A stretch of 64,000 bases of DNA from Gemmatimonas sp. (lineage in GTDB: Bacteria; Gemmatimonadota; Gemmatimonadetes; Gemmatimonadales; Gemmatimonadaceae). The stretch covers positions 2,112,001-2,176,000 of the forward strand of contig OZ257156.1 of NCBI GenBank assembly GCA_965279375.1. Direction: 5' to 3'. Below the pieces are notes generated by a model. That model made no database searches, was not told where the DNA came from, and saw nothing but the letters and a program-made list of their open reading frames with translations. Shown here piece after piece: positions 36,585 through 46,034 of this stretch. Position 1 is the first letter of the stretch. Each line of letters starts with the position of its first letter. A program made the translations under genes and the position numbers.

Positions 36585-38549
36585 ATGCGCTTTTCGCGTC
36601 GCCTGCTCGCTGCGCTCATCGTCGCTGCTTCATTCCCTGCGGCGGTCAGCGCGCAGGGATCCAACGCATTGCCGACGGCGCATCCGCTCGACGGTCTCTC
36701 GTTGCGCGAGCACTGGGCCATCTACGACGTGCTCGTCGCCTCGGGGAAGACCGACAGCACGACGCGCTATCTGTACACGGGGTTGCACGAGCCACCCAAG
36801 GCCGAGGTGCAGGCATGGCGCGCCGGGCAATCGTTCCGGCGCGAGGCGTTGGTCCATCTGACGCAAGGGAAGCGCGGCTACGAGGCGATCGTCGACATCG
36901 CGGGCAAGAAGCTGCTCTCGTGGGTGGAAGTGCCGGGGCGTCAGTACATGACCAGTCGCGAGGAAGGCGAGAAGGCCGAAGGGCTCGTGCTCAAGGATCC
37001 TCGCGTGCGCGCCGCGATCGCCAAGCGCGGTGTGAAGGACTTCACGCACGTCGGCTGCGGTCCTGCCAATCACGGCTACTTCGATCTGCCTGAAGAGCGC
37101 AATCATCGCGTGGTGCATGTCACGTGCGGTGACGATCGAGGCCGCAACACGGGCTACGGCGGCAACTTCGATGGACTGGTGATCGTCGCCGATCTCACCG
37201 ACGACAAAATTCTGCGCATCATCGACACGGGCGTGCAGGGCGACAACGCACCGAGCGGCGATCATGACGCGGACGCAATCGGTCCGACGCGTGTGACGAA
37301 GAATCCGGTGACGATGATTCAGCCCGGCGGTCCGTCATTCACGCTCGACGGACAGCAGGTGAGCTGGCAGAACTGGAAGTTCCACTTCCGCATCGACCCG
37401 CGTCGTGGCGTGGTGCTCTCGCAGGTGCGCTATGCGGACGGCGGCAAGGACCGCTCGATCATGTATCAGGGCTCGCTATCGGAGCTGTTCGTGCCGTACA
37501 TGGACCCGCAGGATCCGTGGAACTATCAGGGCTACTTCGACCTCGGTACGTATCCGTCAGCGTTTGGCGGCATCGCCAGTACGCTCGAACCGGGGATCGA
37601 GTGCCCGACGAACGGCGTGCTGTTCAATTCGGTGGTGGTGACCGATCTCGGGCGTCCGCGTGAACGTGCGCGCACCGCGTGCTTGTTCGAGCGCTCGGCG
37701 GGTGACGTGGCGTGGCGTCATGCGCGCGACGGAGAGTTAAACCTCGAGGCGCGCGCCAAGCGCGATCTCGTGCTGCGCATGTTCATGCACGCGGGCAACT
37801 ACGACTACCTGTTCGACTGGGTGTTTCAGCAGGATGGCACCATCAAGGTGAATCTCGGCGCCACCGGCATGGATCAGGTGAAGGGTGCGACGGGCGGGGC
37901 GAATGATGAGCAGTACGGCCGATTGATTGCGCCCAAGCTGGTTGGCGTGAATCACAGCCACTTCTTCTCGTTCCGTCTCGACATGGATGTCGATGGTTCG
38001 GCCAACTCGCTGCTCGTGGACAAGCTGGCCACCGAGAAGCTGCCCGCGAGCAATCCGCGTCGCAGCATCTGGTCGGTGACCACGACCGAAGCCAAGAAGG
38101 AGTCCGACGCGCAGCGCATGTCGATGATGTCTTCGCCGGAGATCTGGCGCATCGTCAACCCCGGCGTGAAGGGCGCGTACGGCAGCCCGGTTGGCTACGA
38201 AATCGAAGCGATGGGTGCGATGACGATGCTCACGCCCGACGACTACATGCAGCGCCGCGCGGGCTTCACCAATCATACGCTGTGGGTGACGCCGTTCGCA
38301 CAGAACGAGCTGTTTGCGGCAGGCGACTATCCGTCGGTGAGCACGGCGGGCGCAGGACTCCCGACGTGGACTGCACCCAATCGCAGCGTGGCCAACACGG
38401 ACGTCGTGGCGTGGCTAACGATGGGTTTCCATCACGTGCCACGCCCGGAAGACTGGCCGATCATGCCGGTGGCGTGGCACAGCTTCGAGATCCGTCCGGT
38501 GGGCTTCTTCAATCGCAATCCGGCAATCGATCTGCCCAAGGTGCCCTGA
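36585..38549 (+). CDS. tynA: Periplasmic copper-containing primary amine oxidase (TPQ)
   Basis: Signal peptide; HPLD, YFDLG (base Asp), GNYDY (TPQ), HSH and HHVPRPEDWP copper-site motifs. Confidence 0.9.
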   Translation: MRFSRRLLAALIVAASFPAAVSAQGSNALPTAHPLDGLSLREHWAIYDVLVASGKTDSTTRYLYTGLHEPPKAEVQAWRAGQSFRREALVHLTQGKRGYEAIVDIAGKKLLSWVEVPGRQYMTSREEGEKAEGLVLKDPRVRAAIAKRGVKDFTHVGCGPANHGYFDLPEERNHRVVHVTCGDDRGRNTGYGGNFDGLVIVADLTDDKILRIIDTGVQGDNAPSGDHDADAIGPTRVTKNPVTMIQPGGPSFTLDGQQVSWQNWKFHFRIDPRRGVVLSQVRYADGGKDRSIMYQGSLSELFVPYMDPQDPWNYQGYFDLGTYPSAFGGIASTLEPGIECPTNGVLFNSVVVTDLGRPRERARTACLFERSAGDVAWRHARDGELNLEARAKRDLVLRMFMHAGNYDYLFDWVFQQDGTIKVNLGATGMDQVKGATGGANDEQYGRLIAPKLVGVNHSHFFSFRLDMDVDGSANSLLVDKLATEKLPASNPRRSIWSVTTTEAKKESDAQRMSMMSSPEIWRIVNPGVKGAYGSPVGYEIEAMGAMTMLTPDDYMQRRAGFTNHTLWVTPFAQNELFAAGDYPSVSTAGAGLPTWTAPNRSVANTDVVAWLTMGFHHVPRPEDWPIMPVAWHSFEIRPVGFFNRNPAIDLPKVP

Positions 38550-38567
38550 GGCGTTACGCGCGTTTGT

Positions 38568-39326
38568 TCACGCGGGCGGTCGTCCGATCGCCCGCGCACC
38601 TACCGGCGAAATCAGCGCAACTCGCCGCAGGTGCACCGAGTCTGCTGCGGCGACGAACGCCGACGTCACGCCATGTGCGGCCATCGCCCGCGACAGCTGC
38701 GTGAGACCGCCGCACAGATAGCGGTTGCACAGGTTCGAGCGCAGACTGCGCGGGAGCGTGCAGCCGCCGGTCGCATGAAAGATGCAGGAGCCGCGGTAAT
38801 GACGCGCCGGCAGTGCGGCCACATACCGCGCCTCGATCTCCTCCGGCGATGGCGACGATGCCTCCGTTGTTGCAAGATGCGCGCGCACGCGCACGAGGCT
38901 CGCCGCCTTGAGAAACGCGTGCGTCCCGCCGGCCGTGCAGCACTCGCCGCGACAGACGCCGCACCCAACACCGAGCGTCGCGCCCACGGACAGTTCAGCG
39001 GAGTCGGCGGTGGGACCCTCGTGTTCGCCCGCATCGACGCGCACGGCCTCTTCCTCTGGCGTCATGGGCAGCGTGTTGTCGCGCAGCGGAACCGCGAAGG
39101 CGCGTTTGATCTGCAATCGCAGATGTCTCAGGAATCGTTTTCGCGTCTCGGCGGGTAGCGCGGTCGCCTCGCGCGTGTTGGCGGGAAGCACGATCACCGG
39201 CAATGCGATGACAGGCAACTCGCCCGTCGTTGGCTGATGCGGCGCAGCGAGCGCCTCGGCGTGAGACTGCAGCGCCGCGTTGCGCGCACGCTGCGCTGCG
39301 ATGGGGCCGACCCCTCCACGCGTCAC
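38568..39326 (-). CDS. Cysteine-cluster protein (YkgJ/UPF0153-like)
   Basis: CGVCRGECC...CIF...GCTLP...CNRYLC; GTG start preceded by TATGGT-N6. Confidence 0.7.
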   Translation of the reverse strand: MTRGGVGPIAAQRARNAALQSHAEALAAPHQPTTGELPVIALPVIVLPANTREATALPAETRKRFLRHLRLQIKRAFAVPLRDNTLPMTPEEEAVRVDAGEHEGPTADSAELSVGATLGVGCGVCRGECCTAGGTHAFLKAASLVRVRAHLATTEASSPSPEEIEARYVAALPARHYRGSCIFHATGGCTLPRSLRSNLCNRYLCGGLTQLSRAMAAHGVTSAFVAAADSVHLRRVALISPVGARAIGRPPA

Positions 39327-39510
39327 TGCTGCACCATAGCCTGTCGCTGGAAGTGGGCCACCATGACCAACGACTGGAAGCTAGCGCGGAACGCACCGTC
39401 GACGGGCAATCGAGCACGATTCACGCGTTGACGTGTCGCTCGCGAGGGTCGAAATTCGCCCGATCCTTGGACGCAGCTTGTCCTTCGCCGTCCTCGCCTC
39501 GGGAGTCGTC

Positions 39511-40959
39511 ATGCATCGTTCGTTCGTCGGTGGCTTCGCTCTCCTCGCTTTGCTCGCGTGTCCGTTGTCGGCACAAGCGACGTACGACCTGGTGATCCGT
39601 GGTGGCCGCGCGATCGATCCCGAGTCGCACCTCGATGCGGTGCGCAATGTGGGAATCCGTGGCGGCAAGGTGGCCGCGATCAGCGCCGGCTCGCTACAAG
39701 GTCGACGTGTGATCGATGCGCGTGGACTGGTCGTCTCTCCCGGATTCATCGACCTGCATGCGCACGGACAGGACGACGAGAACTATCGCGTCTTTGCGCT
39801 CGACGGCGTCACGACCGCGTTGGAGCTCGAGGTCGGCGCCTCGGACGTACCGGCGTTCTACGCCGCACGCAGTGGCAAAGCGCTGATCAACTTCGGCGCT
39901 GCTGCCAGTCACCTCAAGGCGCGCATGGTGGTGATGCGCGATGGCGGTGTTGCGGCCGGCACGCTTCTGCCGCTCGATTCGGCCGGCTACAACGTGGCCA
40001 ACGCCGATCAGATCGCCGCGATGCGCCGCTTCATCGACGCCGGGCTCGATGCCGGCGGACTCGGCGTCGGCATGGGACTGCAGTACACACCCGCCGCCAC
40101 GAAGTACGAAGTGCTCGAGGCGTTCCGCAGCGCGGCGCGCCGGCACGCGCCCGTGTTCGTCCACACACGCTCCTGGGGCGAGACGGATCCCGGCAGTTCG
40201 GTGGAGTCGTACATGGAGGTGATCTCCGCCAGCGCGATCAGTAGCGCGCCCGTGCACATCGTGCACCTCAACTCCACCAGCCTGGTCGCCACCCCACGCA
40301 CGCTGGCCATGATCGCAGAGGCGCAGTCGCGCGGACTCGACGTGACAGCCGAAGCGTATCCGTACATCGCCGGCATGACGGAGATATCGTCGCCGCTGCT
40401 TGAGCGCTATGTCGCAGGGCCGGACAGTCTGTTCAGCACACTCATGCTGGCCCGCACCGGTGAACGGCTGACGCGCGCCACCTTTCTGGCCAATCGTAAG
40501 CCCGGCGAGCGCGTGATCCTGTTCGTCAACACGCCCGAAATGGAAGCCATGGCGATCACCAGTCCGCTCACCGCCATCGCCAGCGACGGTGGACTGCGAA
40601 ACGGCATCGGTCATCCGCGCGCCGCCGGCACCTTTGCGCGCGTGCTCGGTCATTACGTGCGTGAGTCGCACCAGCTCTCGCTGGTCGACGCCGTGCGCAA
40701 GATGACGTTGATGCCGGCGCAGCGACTCGAGCGCCTCGCGCCAGTATTTCGCAACAAGGGTCGCCTGCGCATTGGCGCCGACGCGGACATTTCCGTGTTC
40801 GATCCTGCGACCGTGAGCGATCGTTCGACCTATCAGCAACCCGCGCTGCCGTCGATCGGCTTTCGACACGTCATCGTCAACGGCGTGCCCGTAGTGCGCG
40901 ACGGGGCGATCATCGACGGCGTGTTTCCGGGCCGAGGAGCGCGCGCGCCGCAGCGCTGA
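39511..40959 (+). CDS. Secreted N-acyl-D-amino-acid deacylase family amidohydrolase
   Basis: Signal peptide; PGFIDLHAH, TAEAYPY, ASDGG, HPRAAGTFARVLG, GADADI. Confidence 0.88.
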   Translation: MHRSFVGGFALLALLACPLSAQATYDLVIRGGRAIDPESHLDAVRNVGIRGGKVAAISAGSLQGRRVIDARGLVVSPGFIDLHAHGQDDENYRVFALDGVTTALELEVGASDVPAFYAARSGKALINFGAAASHLKARMVVMRDGGVAAGTLLPLDSAGYNVANADQIAAMRRFIDAGLDAGGLGVGMGLQYTPAATKYEVLEAFRSAARRHAPVFVHTRSWGETDPGSSVESYMEVISASAISSAPVHIVHLNSTSLVATPRTLAMIAEAQSRGLDVTAEAYPYIAGMTEISSPLLERYVAGPDSLFSTLMLARTGERLTRATFLANRKPGERVILFVNTPEMEAMAITSPLTAIASDGGLRNGIGHPRAAGTFARVLGHYVRESHQLSLVDAVRKMTLMPAQRLERLAPVFRNKGRLRIGADADISVFDPATVSDRSTYQQPALPSIGFRHVIVNGVPVVRDGAIIDGVFPGRGARAPQR

Positions 40960-40970
40960 TGGTGTCGCGA

Positions 40971-41002
40971 CGGATCGCCTCGCGACAGCGCGAGGCGATC
41001 CG
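40971..41002. terminator. Perfect 14-bp GC-rich hairpin between convergent genes
   Basis: CGGATCGCCTCGCG-ACAG-CGCGAGGCGATCCG; no U-tract. Confidence 0.65.
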
Positions 41003-41005
41003 GTA

Positions 41006-41482
41006 CTACGGCTTTCTGGCGGAGAAGACGATGTCGCGGAGGGCGTCGTCGTCCGTTGGGAGTTCCAGAGTGCCAGCCGGGAATCCGTTGACGCTCAGGA
41101 TGTAGGCAATCACGTCGGCAACGTCCTTGCGACTGTACGTGCCGGGCGTGTCCGTCGGCATGGAGGTGCGCACCCGCTCGTGCATCTCCCCAAGCGTCTG
41201 TCCGTTCCAGTTGCTCATGAACGCGCCGCCGGTGAGCGCCGGCGATTCATCCGCGCCACCCAGCGACGCCTGATGGCATCGCGAACAGGTGCGACCATAC
41301 GCCTCGAGCCCGCGCGTCACCTGTGCCGCGGTGAACACACTGTCCCACGTCGTGCGCGAGTGCAGTTTCGTCTTCCTGACACTCGACTTCGCAGGCTGGT
41401 GTGCGATCGTGTTCGCCGACGCGTACATCGGCACGAGCACGACCGCACTGAGCGCGATCCAGCGACGCAATCCGACGCTCAC
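41006..41482 (-). CDS. Monoheme cytochrome c
   Basis: Signal peptide, CSRCH, distal SMP Met, NGFPAG; GTGA overlap with the PQQ gene. Confidence 0.9.
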   Translation of the reverse strand: MSVGLRRWIALSAVVLVPMYASANTIAHQPAKSSVRKTKLHSRTTWDSVFTAAQVTRGLEAYGRTCSRCHQASLGGADESPALTGGAFMSNWNGQTLGEMHERVRTSMPTDTPGTYSRKDVADVIAYILSVNGFPAGTLELPTDDDALRDIVFSARKP

Positions 41483-43560
41483 CTGGCGGCGGGGGCAGGA
41501 AGACGATACGCGATGTATTCCCCCGAGTACGGGCCGCCGCTCACCGCCACGACGATGTACTGGCGTCCGGCGAGCGTGTACGTCATCGGGGAACCGCTTT
41601 GCGGCGCGGGCATTGGCACGGTGCCGACTTCCTTGCCCGTCGCCTTGTCGTACGCACGCAGCATCGCGCCACGCGGGCGCGGTGCGACGGTCGTCACTTC
41701 AGGATCGCCCGCAATGACGAGCGTCTTGGTGACGAGCGTGCCCACGTAGCCGGACTGTCCGGTACGCGGAATCGTCATCCCCTTGAGTGCCTCGTGATTA
41801 CGCACAGCGTCGGGCGTCTCGCCGTGCGGCACCTGCCACGCGAACTCACCGGTGTTGAGGTTGATCGCGGAGATGGTGCCGTAGGGCGGCTTGAGCAGCG
41901 GAAGTCCCTGCACGCCCAGTCCGGTCAAGCGCGGCGTCCCCGGAGGAGTCGGCGCCGTACCGCGCACGAACTCCATGTCCGACGCACCTGCCGCCGGCGC
42001 GATGAGCCCCAGCAGCGACGGGGAGTAGTTGGACGCCGACACGTAGAGCAGGTGCGACTCTGGATCGTACGACCCGCCCGCCCAGTTTGCGCCACCGTTG
42101 GTGGGACCCTGCGACAACGTCGCGAGTGGACCACCCGGCTTGCTCACGATCGGCGGCGTGAAGATGGGGCCCAGTTTGAAGCGCGCGGCAGTAGCGAGGC
42201 CCGCTTCCTTGAGCGCGGGGGTGAAATCGATGATGTCATCGAGCGAGATGCCGTTGCGCGAGAATGCTTTCGGCTTGCTCGGCATGGGCTGCGTCTTGGA
42301 GTACCACTCGCCGGGCACATCGCCGATCTCCACAGGCTTCTCTTCGATCGGCCACACGGGCTTGCCGGTGACGCGATCGAATACGTACAGGATGCCCTGC
42401 TTGGTGGGCACCGCGACGGCCTTGATCGGCTTGCCGTCAACGTCGATGTCCGCGAGGATCGGCGCCGACGCGAGATCGAAATCCCAGATGGGATGATGCA
42501 CCAGTTGGAAGTGCCACTTCTTCACACCGGTTTGCAGATCGACACAGACGATGCTTTCGCCGTAGAGGTTGTCGCCCGGCCGACGGCCGCCGTAGTAGTC
42601 GCCAGTCGGCGACTCGATCGGCAGGTAGACGAGGCCCAACTCCTCATCGGCGGTGATCTGCGTCCAGACGCCGGTGTTGCCTGCAGCGTCGGCCGAGTTG
42701 TTGAGCCACGTTTCGTATCCCGGCTCACCCTTGCGCGGGATCGTGTGGAAGGTCCACAGCTTCTTGCCCGTGCGCACATCGAATCCGCGGATGTCGCCCT
42801 TGTTGTTGCGATACGACTTGGGCGCACCACCCTCGCGGAAGGCCGCGCCCACGATGACCACATTGCGCGCGACGATCGGCGCGCCCTGATAGCCGATCTC
42901 GCCCGTCACCAGATCCGGCAGCACCGGCGTGTCCATGTTCGCCTTGAGATCGACGGCGCCACTGTCACCAAAACTCAATATGCGCGCGCCACTCTTTGCA
43001 TCGAGCGCCACGAGCCGATAGCCAGGCGTCGTATAGATGATTCGCCCCTGCTTGCCGTCGGTCCAGTACGCCAGACCGCGACCGGACAACGGTCGAGGAG
43101 CAGCGGCGCCACGCTCCCCTTCGTTCTCGCTGTGGACCCAGAGCAACTCACCCGTGGCCGCGTCGAGCGCAACGACGGCACGACGCGTACCCGCGGTGGC
43201 ATACAGATCACCTCCCACCATGAGCGGCGTTCCTTCGAGCTTGAACTCAGGACGTGGGCCGAGTGCATCGGTCTTGAAGCGCCACGCGACTTCGAGCGTG
43301 CTGAAGTTCTGTGCCGATATCTGTTCGAATGGCGCGTAGCGCGTGCCGCGTGTGTCCCCGGTGTGACTCGGCCACTCGCCGGCCGCCGTGGTGAAGGGGC
43401 GAACTGGCGCGGAGGGTGGCGCAGCTTTCGCGCGTTGCGCCGACAGTGTGGACGATGGGGCCACCGCGGCACCGCACGCGAGCAGCAGATGTAGCGCTTG
43501 GCGACCATGACGGCGCGCGTTGGATACGCGCACCGATTGGTGTGACGTCACTGCAATCAT
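41479..43560 (-). CDS. Periplasmic PQQ-dependent dehydrogenase (quinoprotein glucose dehydrogenase-like)
   Basis: EGTPL, RGLAYW, RGFDVRTG, WHFQLVHHPIWDFD, GGANW, PPYG, SPMTY...GRQYIV; TGATG overlap at 43560. Confidence 0.9.
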   Translation of the reverse strand: MIAVTSHQSVRVSNARRHGRQALHLLLACGAAVAPSSTLSAQRAKAAPPSAPVRPFTTAAGEWPSHTGDTRGTRYAPFEQISAQNFSTLEVAWRFKTDALGPRPEFKLEGTPLMVGGDLYATAGTRRAVVALDAATGELLWVHSENEGERGAAAPRPLSGRGLAYWTDGKQGRIIYTTPGYRLVALDAKSGARILSFGDSGAVDLKANMDTPVLPDLVTGEIGYQGAPIVARNVVIVGAAFREGGAPKSYRNNKGDIRGFDVRTGKKLWTFHTIPRKGEPGYETWLNNSADAAGNTGVWTQITADEELGLVYLPIESPTGDYYGGRRPGDNLYGESIVCVDLQTGVKKWHFQLVHHPIWDFDLASAPILADIDVDGKPIKAVAVPTKQGILYVFDRVTGKPVWPIEEKPVEIGDVPGEWYSKTQPMPSKPKAFSRNGISLDDIIDFTPALKEAGLATAARFKLGPIFTPPIVSKPGGPLATLSQGPTNGGANWAGGSYDPESHLLYVSASNYSPSLLGLIAPAAGASDMEFVRGTAPTPPGTPRLTGLGVQGLPLLKPPYGTISAINLNTGEFAWQVPHGETPDAVRNHEALKGMTIPRTGQSGYVGTLVTKTLVIAGDPEVTTVAPRPRGAMLRAYDKATGKEVGTVPMPAPQSGSPMTYTLAGRQYIVVAVSGGPYSGEYIAYRLPAPAAR

Positions 43561-45083
43561 CACTGCGGGACCACCTTGCGAGCGGCTTTCGCCTTGCGTT
43601 CTGCGACCATCTTTTCGAATTCGTCCTGTTCGAGGTAAGTGACGTCGATCCAATTGTGTGCCATCTCATCCACCGTGCGATCGCCCCAGCCCACCCACTG
43701 CGACGCATCAGGATTGAGAGGATTGGCGGTGGTGTTGTCGTGCCACGCGGTGAACACCAGCGTCGTTCCCTTGGGCATCAGTGGGGCGACGCTGTCCGCA
43801 TAGACATAGTTGATGTGCCAGTTCCACTGGAAGTTGCTGACCTGGCTGATGATTTCCTTTTTGCCGTCTGGATAGATCGCCTCGAGCGACATCGCCTTGC
43901 CGCGCATGTGCATATGCGGCTGGAAATTCTCGAGCCGTCCCGGCGCCTGCAGCACGTAGATGTTTTGTGTGATCGTCTTCTCGTTGGGCGGGATGTCCAG
44001 ATCGGAGCCACGCGCCACGTTGAACATCGTCAGTACGGTCCGATGCTTGGGCACATAGCCCTTCGGATACAAGTAGACGGCCATCTCCACCTGACTGTCC
44101 TTGTACTCCTCGCCGTTCGCGTGCATGTGCACTTCCCAGCGAATGCGCGAGCCGGGGAGCATCAACTTGCCTGCGTCGTCGTTGAAGATCTGTCCTGTCT
44201 TGCCCACCGCCCATTCCATGAACAGGCCGGCGTTGGACTGATGATCGTGCGCCGAGCTGGCCAATCCCGTCACCCCCTTTTCGTCCTGCAGCAGGTAGGC
44301 GAGCACATGGTGCACGATCTTCCGATCGCCGTCTCTCGCCGGCTTGACTTCGATCGCACGCACCCAGCGCGGCTCGGTGAGCCCCGTTTCCACCACGGGA
44401 CGGAACCACTTGTCCTGCGTGTGCGCGGCGAGCGTATACGGCTTGGACTTGATGATGAGGTCCGGCTGCTGCCCGATCTTCTCGGCGATCTGCCAACGGT
44501 TCGGGTCGGGGAACTTCATCGCGGGTGGCATGTCCTTGGGGTCGCCGAGCGGCGTGCCACCGTCCACCCAATTCACGATCGTCGCGATCTGCGCCTCGCT
44601 CAGGCTGCGATCGTTCTTGAACAGCTGAATGCCCACCGTCTTGTCGATGTGCCACGGCGGCATGAGGCGCTGCGAGACCTTCGCGCGAATCTCGTCGGCG
44701 TATTCCTTCGCCTGCTCGTACGTGAGCAGCGACATCGGCGCGATCGATCCGGGCTGGTGGCACTGCTGACAGTTCTGCTGCAGGATCGGCGCGATGTCCT
44801 TTGTGTACGTGACGGCGCGTGGCGCGACCTTGCCCGGTGCGTTTGGCGACGCGACTGTGCCCGCTTTCGCAGGCGACGTGGGTGCCGCTGTGCGTGCATA
44901 CATGCGCGTGTGCACTGGCGTCTGCGACGGCGTCTGTGCCAGCAGCGCACTACTCACCGACATGGATACCACCGCGCCAAGCAGCGTGTGCATGCGTGCA
45001 CGTGACGCGGAGATCGAACGGCGATTGCTCGGGCGATTGCTCAGGCGATTGTTCATCAGATGCCTCGGCATGCGGAAGGTCAT
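43560..45083 (-). CDS. Heme c-fused copper type II (PHM/DBH-like) monooxygenase
   Basis: N-terminal CQQCH and MPPW; VHHV, VHMH, PHMHMRGK and DEM match the CuH/CuM ligand pattern; ATGA overlap at 45080-45083. Confidence 0.8.
   Translation of the reverse strand: MTFRMPRHLMNNRLSNRPSNRRSISASRARMHTLLGAVVSMSVSSALLAQTPSQTPVHTRMYARTAAPTSPAKAGTVASPNAPGKVAPRAVTYTKDIAPILQQNCQQCHQPGSIAPMSLLTYEQAKEYADEIRAKVSQRLMPPWHIDKTVGIQLFKNDRSLSEAQIATIVNWVDGGTPLGDPKDMPPAMKFPDPNRWQIAEKIGQQPDLIIKSKPYTLAAHTQDKWFRPVVETGLTEPRWVRAIEVKPARDGDRKIVHHVLAYLLQDEKGVTGLASSAHDHQSNAGLFMEWAVGKTGQIFNDDAGKLMLPGSRIRWEVHMHANGEEYKDSQVEMAVYLYPKGYVPKHRTVLTMFNVARGSDLDIPPNEKTITQNIYVLQAPGRLENFQPHMHMRGKAMSLEAIYPDGKKEIISQVSNFQWNWHINYVYADSVAPLMPKGTTLVFTAWHDNTTANPLNPDASQWVGWGDRTVDEMAHNWIDVTYLEQDEFEKMVAERKAKAARKVVPQ
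45020..45055. repeat. 3 x 12-bp tandem repeat GGCGATTG(C/T)TC(G/A)
   Basis: Directly visible; encodes NNRL/SNRP/SNRR near the monooxygenase N-terminus. Confidence 0.8.
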
Positions 45084-45916
45084 GGGGTCACCGTCACGCG
45101 CAGAAATCCATTGGTCCAGCAGCACTGCGAATGTCCCGCACTCACGACTGGTGAGTCGTTGGCACGTACACGCAGCAGATACTCGCCCGGCTTGCTGAAG
45201 GTTGCCGTCACATTCCCCGTGCCGCCGGTTGCGGTGAGCCGTGTCGTTGGTGGTGTGAACGTCACGACTCCGGGGCCCTGGTGCTGAAACCACGTGAGAT
45301 CCACCGGCGTCGCGGCGCGCGCAACTGGCTCGGCTTTTCCGTCGTCTTTCACGAACACCGACACGCTGAGTGGTGCGCCGACGGCCACACGCATTGGCCC
45401 TGCGGTGACGCCGAGCGGACCTTGTCCGGCTGCGCCGTCGGCGGTGAAGCGTACCTCGGGCGGCGTGTTGTCGGCCGACGCTTCACCTTCGATGGCATCG
45501 ATCTGCCAGTCAGGGTGCAGACTGCCGGGGACGGCATAGACCTGACCGCCGACCTTGATCGACCACGTGACTTTCTGCTTGCCGAAATCCGCTGGCACAA
45601 CGACGGCGAATACGCCCCAATGCCGTCGTGGGTTAAAGTGCGTCGGTTGCCCCTGATTCGGTTTGCCGGGCGCTACGAAGTTTTCCGCGCCGACCGGCAC
45701 GTCCACGACTTCGGTCGTGTTGCGATTGAGATAGCCGAACGACAGGCTGTACGTGCCATCGTGATTGCGATACCAGCCTTCGTAGACCGGTGTGACCGAT
45801 TGGCCAGCCGGACTGAGTGGCGCGAGTGAGCGTTGTGCGGTGGCCGCCTGCGGCACCGCCAGTGCGGCGACGCAGAGCGGAACGAGCAGGAGGAGTGGGG
45901 CGAGCGTGCGGCGCAT
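45080..45916 (-). CDS. Exported hypothetical protein with C-terminal PKD/Ig-like domain
   Basis: Signal peptide; GQSVTPVYEGW, FGYLNRN, GQPTHF, DDGK, ATFSKPGEYLLR, QCCWTN. Confidence 0.82.
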   Translation of the reverse strand: MRRTLAPLLLLVPLCVAALAVPQAATAQRSLAPLSPAGQSVTPVYEGWYRNHDGTYSLSFGYLNRNTTEVVDVPVGAENFVAPGKPNQGQPTHFNPRRHWGVFAVVVPADFGKQKVTWSIKVGGQVYAVPGSLHPDWQIDAIEGEASADNTPPEVRFTADGAAGQGPLGVTAGPMRVAVGAPLSVSVFVKDDGKAEPVARAATPVDLTWFQHQGPGVVTFTPPTTRLTATGGTGNVTATFSKPGEYLLRVRANDSPVVSAGHSQCCWTNGFLRVTVTP

Positions 45917-46034
45917 GCAGTCTCAGCCTGGGTGGGAGGTGGGTCGCCCCAATTACGGACGTATCGGCGCGGGCCGCAAGCGCACTGGGGACCCCGGGGT
46001 ATCGCGCTCGACACAAGCGCACCACTTTCTGCGC

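Noticed and set aside
41599..43494. 631-aa plus-strand ORF
   Set aside because: Shadow of the PQQ dehydrogenase gene.
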